A DNA stretch of 64,000 nucleotides from Octopus sinensis (lineage: Eukaryota). How positions within the stretch are numbered: the stretch's first letter is position 1; each line of letters starts with the position of its first letter. The translations under genes were made by a program, and so were the position numbers. The DNA is taken from positions 124,001 through 188,000 of the forward strand of contig NW_021832223.1 of the NCBI RefSeq assembly GCF_006345805.1. Direction: 5' to 3'. The notes under the pieces were generated by a model. It was not told the origin of the DNA, ran no database searches, and was given only the letters and a program-made list of their open reading frames with translations. Of the stretch, positions 13,244-26,810 are shown one piece after another.

Positions 13244-13967
13244 AGTCGAGGACTTTCTTGTTGTTCATTTTAACAAAAACGCAGAAAATAATTTTGTTTA
13301 ATTTTTGGCTCGAAGGTTTTGGGGGACCACACCATGTGAGTCGAGGACTTTCTTATTGTTCATTTTAACAAAAACGCAGAAAATAATTTGTTTTTAATTT
13401 TTTGACTTGAAGGTTTTGGGGGACCTCATCATCGAGGATATTCTTTCTTATTAAAATTTTTTGACAGGACGGTTCTTAGAGGATATCAACCTTTTATTGT
13501 GCCTCATTATCGAATAACTACAAAAGGGAAGGTTTTGACAATTTGATCTGGTTTGTAACAATTTGAATGTGGGTGTGCACAGACAGACAGACAGACACAC
13601 AGACAGACACACACCATACCATTTTATTATTAAAAGCTCGAAGGTTTTGGGGGACCACACCATGTGAGTCGAGGACTTTCTTATTGTTCATTTTAACAAA
13701 AACGCAGAAAATAATTTGTTTTTAATTTTTTGACTTGAAGGTTTTGGGGGACCTCATCGTCGAGGATATTCTTTCTTATTAAAATTTTTTGACAGGAAGG
13801 TTCTTAGAGGATATCAACCTTTTATTGTGCCTCATTATCGAATAACTACAAAAGGGAAGGTTTTGACAATTTGATCTGGTTTGTAACAATTTGAATGTGG
13901 GTGTGCACAGACAGACAGACAGACACACAGACAGACAGACACACACCATACCATTTTATTATTAAGA
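13244..13967 (-). mobile_element. Helitron 5' end, tandemly duplicated, with a few ~96-bp units
   Basis: Reverse complement of tcttaataataaaatggtatgg+(GTCT)n at 13967 and again at ~13632; flanks 12786-13243 and ~5580-5820 resemble the Helitron internal region in reverse. Confidence 0.8.
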
Positions 13968-15050
13968 TTAACAGCTACCCACTGCCAATTTTGTAGGAAA
14001 AAACCCTCGACAACTTTCAGAGAATGATTATCCTTAGTACTTCTGTGTTTCCATAAGCACTTAAGTGCCTAAGGTTTCGCTCATGCCGTACTTTCAACTA
14101 TCCTCCCAGTCAGTCTTTTCCATCCAGCCTTGTTCCTGGCGCGTTTGCGAATGTACTCAAGATCGTCAACGGTTTCGAATCGGTCCAATTCTCGCATAAT
14201 CATCCGTCGGACAGAGAGTAAGCGTGCGTCTTGGCCAACCCCAAAATCCGTGTTTGTCAGGGCTCCTCCGAACGAAAGTGAGTCAACTAACAGACTCTTC
14301 TGCGACTGTTTGCACAAAATATAATCGATTTGATTATATATTTTTAGATCCTCTCCTTGTTCGTTTGTTCTCCAACTTATCCAGGTTGTCTTGCCTCTGG
14401 CGGCGTGCTGAAAAGCAGTGTTGCACAGAAACAAATCGTAGGTATTACAAAAGTCTATCATGAGATTTCCAAAGGAATTTCGATATCCCCTTCCGTAATT
14501 ACCAATGCAGCGTTCACATCTGTGTTTAATTCCTGTCTTTGAGTTTTAGTCCCCCGCAACAAAAATTAGTACGGACGAGCAGAGTTGGAAGTACACTTCT
14601 GATAAATTCGTATAGAAATCATAAAGGTCATCCATACAGGCCGATAATCTTCCCGTGTAGTGCGCATACACATTTATGACGGTCATAATCGATTTCTTAT
14701 TACGTGATCCAATATTAAGTTAGATAAGTCGGTCTGTTACCCTCCATACTTGAAGTAGCTGATCCACGAGTGAGATGTGTATGGCGAAGACCAGCCCATA
14801 GTGACGGAAGTCTGACGGTAATATTATTAACCGGTAATTGTCATAACATACATCTCGTTCCACAGAGACGTTCGTCTCTTGCAGGCATGCCACGCTGGTT
14901 TTGTATCTTTCCAGATCCCTGCATAGATGTTCTGTTTGATGTTTGAGGCAATTCCTCTGGCATTGAAAAATGAAATGGAAAAAAACGTAAGATGGACAGA
15001 TCGAGGGTACAATAAAGACATTACAGAGTGAGAGGTGTCAACCCCTCAAC
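13968..15050 (-). mobile_element. RTE-like non-LTR remnant: APE endonuclease fused directly to the C-terminal tail (RT deleted)
   Basis: LFLCNTAFQH..TTW..YNQIDYIL joined to ETVDDLEYIRKRARNKAGWKRL. Confidence 0.75.
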
Positions 15051-15449
15051 CAACAAGTATTATGTTTTATTGATAAAAAAGAAACTAATTAACTAAGTAA
15101 TTTTTCTAAGTTCACTACTCATTTCTTTCCCGTTGAATATTCCTTTCACCTTGATTACTCTTGTGCAGATTATTCCTTTGACCTTTTCCCTTTCACAATT
15201 ATTAACATTTTACTAATTTGTATAAACAAAACCAAGCACACGCCTACGGCTGCTAATCATGTAATCAATGAACGACTATGCCGAGGAAGCAGCCATTATG
15301 AGACATCAGAAAAACCTGTCGAGGACACAGACGCTGTATCTCGGGCCACGAATCTGGCAGAAGGTAGATTTAAAGAAAAGAGGACGAAGCTGGAACCAAA
15401 ATTATGATAAGATATTTTCCAGTCTAATTAATTTACTAACTTGGATTTA

Positions 15450-17000
15450 AATAAAAAATTAATTAATTTTTGACGTGATTCTGAGGTTTTTGACATATCT
15501 TGATTAATTTGGTCAAAGAAGCACTCGTTTTGGGGCAATTTTATTTTAAACTTGGGCATTTTTACTACGGTGAAATAACTTTCGCGCAAGATTCTCAATA
15601 AATTGGACAATTTCTGAACGTATATTTACGTTTCCTTAAGTTTTCTAGAAAAAATGAATTTTAAATTTTCTGGATTTGTTAACACAATCACCTAGTTAAT
15701 AAACAACGACTTTTCTTGAATCTTTTGTAGACTGTAATAAAGTATAAAGAATTACGTAATTTCCCTACTGCACAACAATTTGCTTGGTGCTTGGTTAGCC
15801 TAGTCTTGGGACGTGGAGCCAGAGCATAAAACAGTTCATTAAAGTCGTCAGTTGATGAATCCACTGCATTCACAGACAGGTTCACTAATGTAAAGAATCC
15901 GTTCCTCTATGCCTTCTTATTAAATGTCGTGATTTGAAAGACACGGTGAATTCCGAACCTCTTCTCTCCAAACTCGAGGGTAAGGATATCCTTATCCAAA
16001 CATAGAGTAGACACCCCCTCTTTAGAGATTCGACTGCTATTTTGAAGCAAGTCTATTATGTCCCCATCTTCACAATCCACTGCAGAGAAAAACAGGTTAC
16101 ACTCTCCCATGATTCTCTTCACTCGTATGCTTTTTTATTTCTTCAATAGGCTGAAGTAGTAATATTTCCGACGTTTGTCCATATGCACAAACGCACACAT
16201 TGTGTCCCCATACGGCTGCTCTGAGTAGAGATTGTCTACAGAATATTCTCCACATATCAAGATGTCAAAGTTGTAATTATTTAGATTCATATCCTTCCTC
16301 CCATTCAACTTTGTGTAAATAAAAGCAATTATACTTGCTTAAGAGTAAGACTATTTATTAAGATTTGCTGAGAATTTATGATCTTTATCGCCTCGCCACA
16401 TTCAAGAGAATTCACAAGACAGACTCACGCCCCCCTGAAACTTCATCATAATAAAACTCCCATTAAAATTTCCCCTTTCATGGATAATTTTACGATTTCC
16501 ATCACCTCTTTCTTTAACTGATCACTCTTCGTAGCCCACTCGGCCGAGAGGACCTGGGCTTTTTTATTTGACTGACACAGCCCAGCCTACAATGAGAGAA
16601 CTAGAGTACATTCAACAAATCAGTCTGTGTTGTCATTCTTTCAACCTTCTCGCATTGTCTTTCTATTTGTTCGACTATAAACTGCTCTTCCTTCTCGAGT
16701 GATTTCAATTCGTTATCCCTGGATAGTTCTCAAGAGTATAAGTCGTTAAGTTGTTGTTTTAATAATCTTAACATAAATATTTGTTAATACAATATTTTGC
16801 TGGTCAGTTCCTTTTTTGAGCAAATCTCCGTCTTCTTGTTTATTGACTCGAATTGCAACTCTAAATCTTCAAGACGGCCTCTTATGTTCCAGGGTTTTCT
16901 TTCAACCTTTTTAGTCTCTATGTCTGATCTAAAAATAGATTTACATGCTGCCGTCTGTCGAACTAATGTCTCTCTATGTCATAGTTGTGGATTTTTTAGT
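15450..17000 (-). pseudogene. Highly degenerate kinesin-14 (Ncd/KIFC1-like) gene
   Basis: Collinear motifs: PWNIRGRLEDLE (stalk), MKGEILMGV (neck ~LKGNIRVF), WGHNVCVCAYGQTS (P-loop region), DCEDGDIIDLL, HRVFQIT, FTLVNLS, LRNSL; stops and frameshifts present. Confidence 0.55.
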
Positions 17001-17371
17001 TTGAAATAAAAATAAAATATATATTTCTATATGTCGACTTGTCCTCATAACAAAACTCAAAATACACGATCGCGTAATTTATTACAATGTTTATTGTACC
17101 AAATGAAAACAAATTAAGTTAGGAATGGGCAGAGGGGAAACTCCGGGGGACTAAAGCACGCACCCTCCTGCGAAAAGTACCGCATGCGTGTTGCCACGGA
17201 GAATAGCGATGGATATCCGTTGCAATAGCCACGAAACCTCGCGTGGCTCTTTCATGCTGTGGGCCAATTAAATTATTACAAACGAATACAATTATTAAAT
17301 AAAATTACAAACGTGCATAGTGCAGAATGGATGACCTTATCTGAGAGAGTTATTCCATAAAATAGAATCTT

Positions 17372-18511
17372 TTTTTTAACTAACTCTAATTAGCAGGTTA
17401 TCTGAAAAACGTCCGCTAACGTCGTCTTGTTGTGCGTAAAATCTGCCACCATATTTCAATTTAAAAGGATTTGAAAGCAGTTTCCTGAGGACACTGTGGT
17501 GGTATAGATGGACTCCGTCCCGGGCACGTTAAAGACAAGCTTTCATACCAAACCTCTGAGGCTGGCCATCGCCTACTATGCTTTTTAATAGCTCTTACGA
17601 ACAAAATATTGAATTTCCCGAACACGGCCGCAACTTATTTTTCGCTGCCAATCTTACTTCACTGAGGAAAACGGCGTTTGCCCCATTGCTGTGGGCTGCT
17701 TCTACCGCCTGTTGGCCTCAAAAGTTGCTTGCACGCAAACTACAAAGTTATTGGGATCCGAATTACGTCCAATACAACTTGGAGTCGGCGTCCGTGGCGG
17801 CTGTGAACCCTCAATCCATGCAACAAGGAAGTTCATTTCCGCCATATTCATGGGTTTGGTTGACCGCCATCCCAATGGGATCAATTGGAACTTTATTGGA
17901 CGATGATTGTCTGAGGATCGGCGTCTCATTGCGCCTGGGACTAAACGTATGCACACCGATGCCGCTGTGGATCGACCGTTGGCCCCTTTGGATTGCACCA
18001 GAGAAGGTTCCAATTGATCATGCCAGAGAAGCTCCAGACGCCTCCCTCGACATACTGCCCTAAACGACATAGTCAAGCGAACTCTCAAAACTGCCGGATT
18101 CCCATCACACTTAGAACTGATCGGCCTGGTTCGGTAGGATGGTAAACGTCCTGATGACCTAACAACTTTCCCCTTTGAAAATGGCAAGTCTCTCATCTGG
18201 GACGCAACCTGTACAAACACCTTCTCCGCCGGAAACATCTTTACGTCAGCCGTAGAGTCGGGCTCCGCAGCTAACCTGGCAGAAACTCTAAAAGTCAAAA
18301 AATACAGTGCATTATCGCACTGTTATATCTTTGCCCCGATCGCAGAACTAAAAAATTCCTTATTAAATTGGGGGACTTTGCAAGCAGAATGAGAAATGAT
18401 CATCGATAACGGACATGGCTTTTCCAACTCATATCAATAGCCATCTTGCATGGGAATGGCCATTCCATCTTATCCTCTGCTGCTAATTAGCTACTTGTTT
18501 TCTCCTTATAA
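17372..18511 (+). mobile_element. CRE-clade non-LTR element with internal deletion of the RT core
   Basis: QLGVGVRGGCE..HATRKF joined to WLTAIP..LDDDCLRIGVSLRLG, then RHTALND, DGKRPD, WDATC; 13-bp TSD aaaatagaatctt (17359-71 / 18512-24). Confidence 0.82.
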
Positions 18512-18790
18512 AAAATAGAATCTTGTTTTTGTAATAGCAGAACAGAAAGAGTGGACGACCCAAAAAAACTGAGTTAAATATTTCCCTTCAAAGGTGTTGA
18601 AAAACCTCCTCGCCTCTGCGATAAAGAGACTTGATGAAGTGAAACTGAGGATAACAAGGACCCATTGGTTTCTCTCTGTCTTTAAGAGAATAAAGTTATA
18701 ATAGTATTATATTATTTACTCAAATTAAGTTTAACTAATATTTATAATTTTTAACTAGCGGTGTTCTTTGTTGTTGTTTGCTGTGTGTTA

Positions 18791-20205
18791 ATGGATCACA
18801 ATAAAATTCCTTTGTCAAATAAAACAAACCAAGTATTAGCAAATAATAACCATGGTAGGAATTGCAGTCAATTGTCCGAGACCTTCAACATCGTCTTTGG
18901 CGTAGAAAATTGAAAGCGCACAATCTGAAATTAGCCCTACGAAAGAGAATCGCTGAGGCTAAAGAATTTCAGTTTTTTATGCAAATTGGATAATTGACAG
19001 TGATCTCCGACGGAAGGAAAACAGACGGATTGTTGACTCACTTTGTAATGATGTAAAGAACTACATCATTTCCCTCGCCACTTCACTGACAGGAGAAGAG
19101 GACATTCCTTCCACATCACTGAACAATCAGTTTATTTGTCAAGTCATGTCGCTAATGAAGAAGACGAAGGATATAAATATGCAAAGTCGGAATATAATGG
19201 CTGATGTTGTTGGACAAATCAATGGACTCAGGTTAATTGTGTTTTGTTACTCGAGGAATATGTTCAAAGAATATACACAGCTGATTGGGCAGTCCGTGAC
19301 TCGCCGACAGTCCCATCTGAGTGAAATAGATCCTGGTTTAGTGGAGACTCAACTAAATGGGACTAATTTCAAGTCTCCTCACAAGAATGTCCACCTGTCG
19401 TCGTGTTCTCCTCAATGTAGTGTCGGCAATTGTGCTGACCCACTGAGTTCTGGCCATACTCTTTTGGAGAATCGTATGAATTCTCTGTTTCGTTCCCATT
19501 CGGCTGTTTTGGAAAGCAATTCTCTCCTCCTTCTCAAAGTAGAGGCAGTTGAAGCTGAAATTGAACGGATTGCTCGATCGGGTGGTACATTCAATACAAT
19601 GGAAAACAAAGGTTGTCCCACTCTTCTTATGTCTGTAGTTTGTTCATCCCCTAACCCAACCAGACTATCTTCTGATAGGTCATTGGATCGGATATTGGAA
19701 GGTAGTGCTCGATTAAGAGTTGCAGAGGCCCGGACGTGTGCTCAGTCGTTGTCGAGCACTGTTGTTCCTTCCATTGAGGAGGTTGGTTGAGATTTACATG
19801 TAGAAGGTCGTGTGTTTCCCTCATGATGCATTGAAGGAGGAATATTGCGTTATGTTTAGCGACTATGCCTCTGAAACTCAATTAACAACCTTCTTAGATG
19901 TTGGTCCTCCTGTCCCCGAGGAAATTTCTGGCGATACTATAGCAGAAAGGCTAAAGAATAGGAAGAAAAAAGGTCTCAAGACGAGATCAAGAAAGTTACT
20001 CAACTCCATAATGTCTCCGCTGTGTAAACGCTCGCGTCGAGCAGATGATAAATCTGACAGTGACCAGGGAGAGTTCGAACAACGTCGACTACGACTAAGA
20101 AGTAATAAACAGAGAGACTATCTTGACGTGTCTCCTTCGGTTGTTGCTGCTTCCAGGCGGAATGTTTCTGCCAACGTATTTAAAAATCGGTGTATATATC
20201 GTTGA
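18791..20205 (+). CDS. Orphan protein with N-terminal coiled coil and basic C-terminal region; 3' end unresolved
   Basis: GT-AG introns of 26, 29, 24 and 22 nt join ORFs 19146-19790 and 19810-20205 to an ATG at 18791. Confidence 0.6.
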
Positions 20206-21134
20206 TTTTTTTATTTGGCTTTATTAGTAGTTCTATATTATCTTGTGGAAAGGTCCACTTGGTGCCTTTTCTATTATATTTTTCATAGCCTACTTATTTG
20301 ACTCCATTCTAGTCCAGGCGACGTCTGGTTTATTTAGTGGTCTCTTTCCATAGCAGATTTTTACAAATATTTCGCTCTTCCGACCTGCCTCAAAGGCAAT
20401 TCGTCTAAAAAGTTTGGCACTGAATAAGGTTTGGTTTAATCAGAATTTGATACCAAATAAATAAAAGTAGACTGTTTACTTGGGAATAGGAAACCCTCAG
20501 CTAAACTAATTGCCAACTAAAATAGTAGTGAGAGATTCTCTCTGTTGTGTGTTGTATTAATTGTGTCTCCTTTTTGTTGTATTAATTTAGCCTTATTGGT
20601 TAATTGTATTGAAACATTTTCACACCATTATTTTATAAGTGAATTATCTACCTGATCAATTAGTGTAAATAATAATGGTGTATGTTTACTTTGTAGATTA
20701 TCCCGTGAATATTTGTATTACAAATCACATGCAGTGATTATTAATTTTATTGGATTGTAACAAATTAAAACTCGTCTAAACACTATAATCCTTTAAATGC
20801 TATAAATAATCAAAATTGATAAAAACATTGTTATTCAAATCACAGACTTTATGAGCAATTAAAATAATTAACAGGCTAAAAAATAATTTAATGTAACTGT
20901 ACCATCTTTTTATGTATTATTGATCGACATCATGTTTTACAGATTAACGACACATCAAAAGCAATGTTATTACCTGCGGGCAATTAAAAAAATAATTTGT
21001 CTTGATTCTTGGTCTAATAATTCATTTTTACAAAGCAAATTAAATATTTATTACTTTTAATTATTCACCAGAAAATTAAATAGTTATTACTTTCAGAAAA
21101 ATTAATAATATTAATTTTCCGGCACATTAATATT

Positions 21135-21693
21135 TTAGAAGCACACTCGAGAGTGCTTTTTCAGCTGCGAAAGTCTCGAGAAAGTGTCTCCACATACATT
21201 ACAGATGTTTTTCTTGGTCCGACAATGAATTTGAACGTGAGCTCTGAGGTTTGATTTATCAGCAAATGCTCGATTACAAATAGAACACTTGTACGGTTTT
21301 TCTCCAGTGTGAGTTCGCATGTGACCTTGCAGCAGCCAGGTCCTCGAAAAGTGCTTTCCGCACAGCTTACATTTACAGAGCAGAAGGTGCGTTTGCACAT
21401 GCATCTTTAATGCACTTTTAAGATCATATCCTCTCCCACAATAACTGCATAGCAATAATGTGCTGCTTTTAGATTCTTTCTTTTGTAATTCTTTATTTTT
21501 CAAGCCTTTCTTTTTTGAAATCCGTATAGAATTCTCCGACTGTTTTATATCTTGTTCCGGTAAAATGTCTTTGATTAAAAATCCCTTCTTTTTTTGATTG
21601 AAATTTTTATTGATAGTGTCGATCCACTGATAGTAATAATAATACATCAAGTTGTTGAAATGTTGGATGTGCTGGTCTATAAACAGACTTCAT
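21135..21693 (-). CDS. SNAI: Snail-family C2H2 transcription factor (4 fingers)
   Basis: [55 protein letters not shown]; start is either ATG 21693 with a 19-nt intron (21627-45) or ATG 21647. Confidence 0.9.
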
Positions 21694-22409
21694 ATCCAAA
21701 ATTAAACATTTGAAAATTCCCTATCGCTAATCTAGAATTTATAATCTAAATTCGCGCAATCAGGCATTAAATTATTCTTTACAAAGATCAAAGCAAATTA
21801 TTGAAAGAATATCTCGTAGCAATTATCAGTAACGACTTCTTCAATGACTTTGTTTGTAGTATGTCAGTGGTATGTTACTCAGCAATCCAAATCATTAATG
21901 ATCCCTTCTTTGGTATTTCTTCAAATAATATAAAAAATTGCTCAATAATTGATCATGTGCAGGTTAGAAAATTTAACATTCTGAGATAACTAGTTTTGTT
22001 AATACATTGCATTCTATTAGTTGATAACGAATCTTTCAATTTTTAAATAAAATAATAGATTTTTGAATTAGACAAGTATCGAAGCAGATGTAAATTGCAT
22101 TAACACAATTGACTACCAATTGACAGCGCAATTAAAAGAATTTCCGTAGAAAAGATAGAATTTATTTTTGGTTGCTTCTATTCTAAATCATTTTTATTAT
22201 TCAAAAATAATTTTTCCATAGATGACACAAGTGGGAAAAACGGAGCTGAAAAATGAAAACGAAGCTGAAAAAAAGCTGAGGTTAAGGTATTTAATTAAAA
22301 CTGTTAATTTTTTACTTTCTCAATTCGTTCACTGTTGGTTCTTTTACGACTTAATTTATTTTTTGTTATCTATTTAATGTGTTAGTTATCTGGTATTAGT
22401 CTATCTGTT

Positions 22410-22698
22410 TCCGTTGAAGATAAGTTATGGATGACAATAAACAAGACTCAGGGACAGTCATTAAAGGTAGTTGGCTTATTTTTAGAGAGCAAGTGCTTTT
22501 TCGATGGCTGTGGGATGCTCAAGGGTACGTAGAAGAGAAAATTTATTCATATATGCCAAGGAAGAACGAACCACAAACATCGTTTATCAACAGGCGTTAG
22601 AATAGAGTTAATATATTTACATAAACTTTTGGTTGTTTGATGAAACAGGCCCTCCGCAGGAGCTAGGTCGCGATGAGCAAAGTGAGATTCCGAGCTAG
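22410..22698 (+). mobile_element. Helitron 3' stub
   Basis: [15 protein letters not shown] remnant; diverged 3' terminus ending CTAG|T. Confidence 0.8.
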
Positions 22699-23094
22699 TA
22701 AAAAATATGGGTTTTCCGAGCTTTAACTTCGATTATTGGTGCTCTAAAAATTAGCTTTTGAACCACATATAAACAAGCATTAACGTTTTTCAAAATTCTC
22801 TATTAGAGTGAGAGCTACCACAAAAGAAATTGAACAGAAAACAGATTGTTGAAGATTTAAGGAAAATATAATGACATTAGACATTTATTGACCAAAAGAC
22901 CAGGGTAAACCAGTTAATTATAATCCCTGTGATCTCCAATTCATTTCCCAAAAATATAATAAAGAAATAAGTGACTCATTTCTGTCACCATTTAAGAATA
23001 ACAAAATCGTTAGGAATAGAATATTTAAAAAATATATATTTCCATTATTTTTGTATTTTAATATTTTTTGTTTTATAAAATAAATATTTATCAA

Positions 23095-23563
23095 ATGGAT
23101 TACGAAGTGGAGTCACTTCTTGAACATTTAGTATTAGAAGGAAAGGAGTATTATTTGGTTTCATGGAAAGGATTTCCAAAGTTAAATAGTTCTCATTCAT
23201 TTTCAGCTCAGAAAATTCGTGGGAGCCTGTAGAAAATTTAAATTGTGAAATGTTAATCAAACAGTATCAAAAAACCAAAAATATAAAGAAAAAATCAAAA
23301 AAGAAAAAGGTATTAAATTATTTTAACAAACTCAGAGTAAACAAGTCGCCTTTCCGCATGGACTGGAGCCTGCTTACATCGAGGATGCTCAGATGATTGA
23401 CGGTCGGCTAACCTTCACGATGAAATGGCACTTTTGTATTTAATCAACAAATAGGAAGAACTCTCTTAAGTCTGAAACCGTCCTTGCCTCCGACGCCAAT
23501 CGTATATGTCCTCAAATTGTTATTTCATTCTACGAAAATTTGCTTGTGTTTTCAAAAAAATAA
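23095..23563 (+). CDS. HP1: Heterochromatin protein 1 (chromo plus chromoshadow), 129 aa
   Basis: Exons 23095-180, 23207-309, 23336-427, 23455-563 give an open 390-nt CDS: YEVE..YLVSWKGF..NSWEP and GLEP..FTMKWK..CPQIVISFYE; introns 26, 26, 27 nt (third is GC-AG). Confidence 0.93.
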
Positions 23564-23712
23564 TTTTTTCTTGAAATATTTGTTTAATTTTGTTAGCATG
23601 TGGAAAGCTTGAAGCAATTAGGTGTTGTCCAGACAAGACGGGCTATTTTTACAAGTCGCAAAGTCACAGAATTAGGGGTGGGTTGGGGGTTCTCTGAGCC
23701 ATCCAACAGCCT

Positions 23713-26700
23713 GTGATAGTAAGATTTAAATATTATTCAAATAAATGCTATTATTTGGCTTATCTCCGATTTTTTGTTGTTACCAGCATGTTGGTTTTTG
23801 ACGATGTGAACAGAAACCTCTCTGACGACGAATCTACGGAGACTATTAAAAGAAAACACCAAAATACCGTAGATAATGTGGTCCATGATGTGCTCGGCGC
23901 ACAAGAAATGGTTACTTGTGACCTCTCAGTTCATCTTCTATCGGCTTATTTGACAAAGTTAACAGTGAAGACCCAAAACAATGGGCTTATGATGTCGTCG
24001 AGTCTCAAAGTGGAGTTCCAAAAGGATACTCAGGAGTGAATGGCCACTAATTACCCAGTCTTTGAAAAATGCTTTGAAGAGTTTTGCACCCAAATTGGGC
24101 GAATACGTACAATTGGAAGGAACCTCCATGTCCCAACCAGGAAAATTCCAATACAACTGTTGAAAATGGATATTTTAAATGGGATCTGCAAAATTTAAAT
24201 ATCAACGATATTACCGATATCATCTATGGAGGACAGTGCACATATGAAAGCCTTACCAACAAGACCAGTCCCAAGAGTAACTGGGAAGAATCAATGAAGG
24301 GAAAAATCGCTAAATGCAAACTACAGCTTGAGCAAGTCCTAACTGTTAGCGATATGATGAAGAAAAAACTCACTGACGAACAGCGTGACACCTTGTGCTC
24401 ATATGGCTTCAAAAAATCAAAAAAAGGAGAGATTGTTTCTTCTTTCATCCGGGATAAGATCAAGATCATGGAAAAGAAGATGAGGGTTTACAACTCAGGA
24501 AGGAATTCAGAAAGCGAATTGATGTTGTGAACTAAATAGAAGACGGTTCTATAGATCAGTAAGTGGAACTAATAAGAAGGCGGTAATTAATTTTAATCAA
24601 GAGGAATGCATTCCGTTCTGGACTAATATATGGAGTAAACATGAACGAAAGAAAAGCATTTTTCCGGTTACGAAAAGAGTCACTGGTTCTGAGAATACTT
24701 TCGACGAGTTCCCAAACGAAGGAATTATTAATATTATAAAACCTCTCCCAAATTGGAAAGCAAGTGGCTGTGATGGAGTTTAAAACATTTTTTATAAAGA
24801 GCTTCACTGCTGTCCATGGACCCCTATACGAGGAGATAGGGAAAATAATAAAAGATGAATATACGCCAGAAAATTGGTTTGACACCGGAATTACGTACCT
24901 CATATCAAAAATGGATGTATGTGATTTACCCAAGGATCTGAGACCAATAACGTGTATGCCCAACCGGTAGAAACTGATGAAAAAGTGTGTGAAAAACAAA
25001 TTATCGGAATTTATCGAAGCATATGGTCTTGTTAGCGACAATCAACTTGGAACACGAAGAATGTGTCAGGGAGCGAATGAACAGGCAATCGTAAATCAGT
25101 GTATCAACCAACGAAATGCGAATAAGGTATCTTATATGTTGATTGATGTGGGGAAAGCATTTGACTCAGTCGACCACGAATTCTTAATCAAGACCTGCTA
25201 AACTCTGGCCTCCCGTGTTGGATGGTAATGTTTATCAGGAAACTTACTACCAAATGAAAAATCAGTATAAATTTGGAAAACAGAAAACTGGGAGAAGTTA
25301 AAATCAGTAGAGGTATACTGCAAGGAGATTCTCTCTCACCTCTCATTTTTGTGCGGTTAATGGACCTTTTAAGCAGAACTCGCATATGCTACTAACCACC
25401 TATTTATGGACGATGTAAAGTTGTTTTCGCGTCACAATGACGTAATGGAAATAATAGTAGGAGAATTTGATCGTTTTTGATCTAGCTGGATTGGAAAGAA
25501 ACGTTGAAAAATCTGCAACGAATGTCAAGTCTTTGTCTATGAAAGCTTGCTTACTCGATGGGCTGGATGGATACCGATATCTGGGGGTTCTTGAAGATAA
25601 AAATAGCAACGTTCTAAAAAATAAAGTTATGGAGAAAATTTATGAAGAAGCATCGAAGAAGATGACCCAAACTGAATCAAGCTCTGTAAACTTGTTCAAG
25701 GCTATAAACGAACACCCACTCTCCCTCTATAACCATTATTCGAGCAGATTGATAAAAATATCCGTAGAATTCTTATAGAAAGTCATGTTCACTTGAAACC
25801 CGCAAACAAAGAAATACTTTATCTTCAAAGAAAGGAATTTGTAAGAGGTCTGGAGTTAGTCAATAATAAAGTGGAGAGAATGCATCTTCAATTTTTATGC
25901 TAATTTGAAACATAGGGCAAACTACTGCCAAAGAAGAGCAGGAATTCTCCGGGTCATCAATTCAAAGAAAACACATATGGCCACTATAGCAGAATTCTTG
26001 TTTTGAAAATACAATGAAAATTTAAATGAATTGAAAATATCAGACTTGGTGAAAATTCAACGTATCTATGGGAAAAAATCAAACAGAACCCCTTGCACTC
26101 TATTTTGTTTGAATGTTAAAGAATACCAAAGTTGATCTGTATGAGGCTTGCGGGTGGCTAATTCATGAAAACAATTCTTCTCAGACTGAAGCAAATCTGT
26201 GTCTGTTACAAAACCGAAATCATATGAACATAAAGGAGAGAATAAATGCAGCCACTACAACTCATCCAAAAAGACCGTCGATCACCTTGCTACCAGATGT
26301 GGGCGAATGCTTGCGGCCCCTACCTTAGACATCATAACGAAGTGGTCAATGCTTGCATTTAAATCTATGTCGCCAATATGGAATTAAAAAGTCGAACAAA
26401 TTAAAACGTATTCAGTCCAGTCTGTTACCAGCAATGAATTTGTGGAAATCCGAGTCGATACAAACCTCTCGACTGATAATGCTATCACGAATAACAAGCC
26501 AGACATATTTGTTCATGACAAATCGAGCAACACAATTACTCTTATCGAGGTGGGGATCACTTCACAAAATTGCCTAAGCAGGTCGAAGTAGAAAAGTTCC
26601 ACAAATACGACTTGCTGGCGAATGAACTGGGAGCGATCCACCGGGCGAAAGAAAAGATCGTTCCTGTCGTCAGACCTGGGTCGGAATAGTGTCAAAATTC

Positions 26701-26810
26701 TTCAAAATCCATCTGGCGGTGCTTGGCATGGAGGAAAAGGTGAAGGCATACATCAGACACTGGTGTTGCGGATGACCTTAGAAAGCATGCAAGCCGAGAA
26801 ATATGTGAAT
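23713..26810 (+). mobile_element. R4/Dong-like RLE non-LTR retrotransposon, degenerate but near full length
   Basis: DLRPITCMP, DVGKAFDSVDH, GILQGDSLSP, FMDD, YRYLG, TVDHLATRC, KPDI..LIEVGIT. Confidence 0.85.
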
